DNA of 61,620 nt, the filler included, from Hausera hauseri (Eukaryota), in NCBI GenBank assembly GCA_046269625.1. It is 11 parts of 11 records of this genome, joined end to end, with 100 filler letters (N's around TTAATTAATTAA, not from the genome) between each part and the next. Parts side by side here need not be neighbours in the genome. Positions count along the whole stretch, not along the records: positions 56,646 to 61,620 come from JBJURY010373703.1; 10 more parts are not named here. One strand, given 5' to 3'. This document shows positions 61,451-61,620 of this stretch, in pieces. Numbering within the stretch: position 1 is the stretch's first letter; each line of letters begins with the position of its first letter. The position numbers and the translations under genes were made by a program. The notes beneath the pieces are model-generated. The model had not been told where the DNA came from and searched no databases. It worked only from the letters and a program-made list of their open reading frames with translations.

Positions 61451-61620
61451 ACCGAACTGTTGTAAAAAGACCATCAGCAGTTAAAACGTGTATAAATTGT
61501 AAATACAGAACGAAACTGAAACCACTTTATTGTAATCAGAAATTATAGAAAATCGAAAGGAGATTAATATTAATTTACAAGAACGCAGAATGATTAATTA
61601 GTTTACGCAGAACTTTGATG

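Overview
This window is not one locus. It is 11 unrelated eukaryotic contigs joined by artificial 100-nt spacers (44 N + TTAATTAATTAA + 44 N): 1-7546, 7647-12034, 12135-17704, 17805-24283, 24384-28392, 28493-32972, 33073-37288, 37389-41467, 41568-46558, 46659-56545, 56646-61620. Nearly all recognisable content is metazoan mobile DNA, mostly decayed. It includes two Polinton/Maverick-type protein-primed PolB pseudogenes, LINE fragments (RNase H; RTE-like RT), several Ty3/Gypsy LTR retrotransposons, a vertebrate-type class III (ERV-S/ERV-L-like) endogenous retrovirus, a 3.4-kb (TTCG/TTCC)n array and other repeats. The most interesting signal recurs on four contigs (3, 9, 10, 11). Env-bearing Gypsy elements carry an extra 3' ORF just before the 3' LTR, preceded by splice-acceptor-like sequence on contigs 9 and 10. 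It encodes a DEDDh/REX4-ISG20-like exonuclease fold whose catalytic acids appear lost. In two copies it is fused to a C3HC4 RING finger, and the ORF reads through the PPT into the LTR. Contig 10 holds a pol-less derivative that keeps only Gag (fused to the env TM tail) plus an intact copy of this ORF. All assignments are by eye from motifs; no database searches were run.
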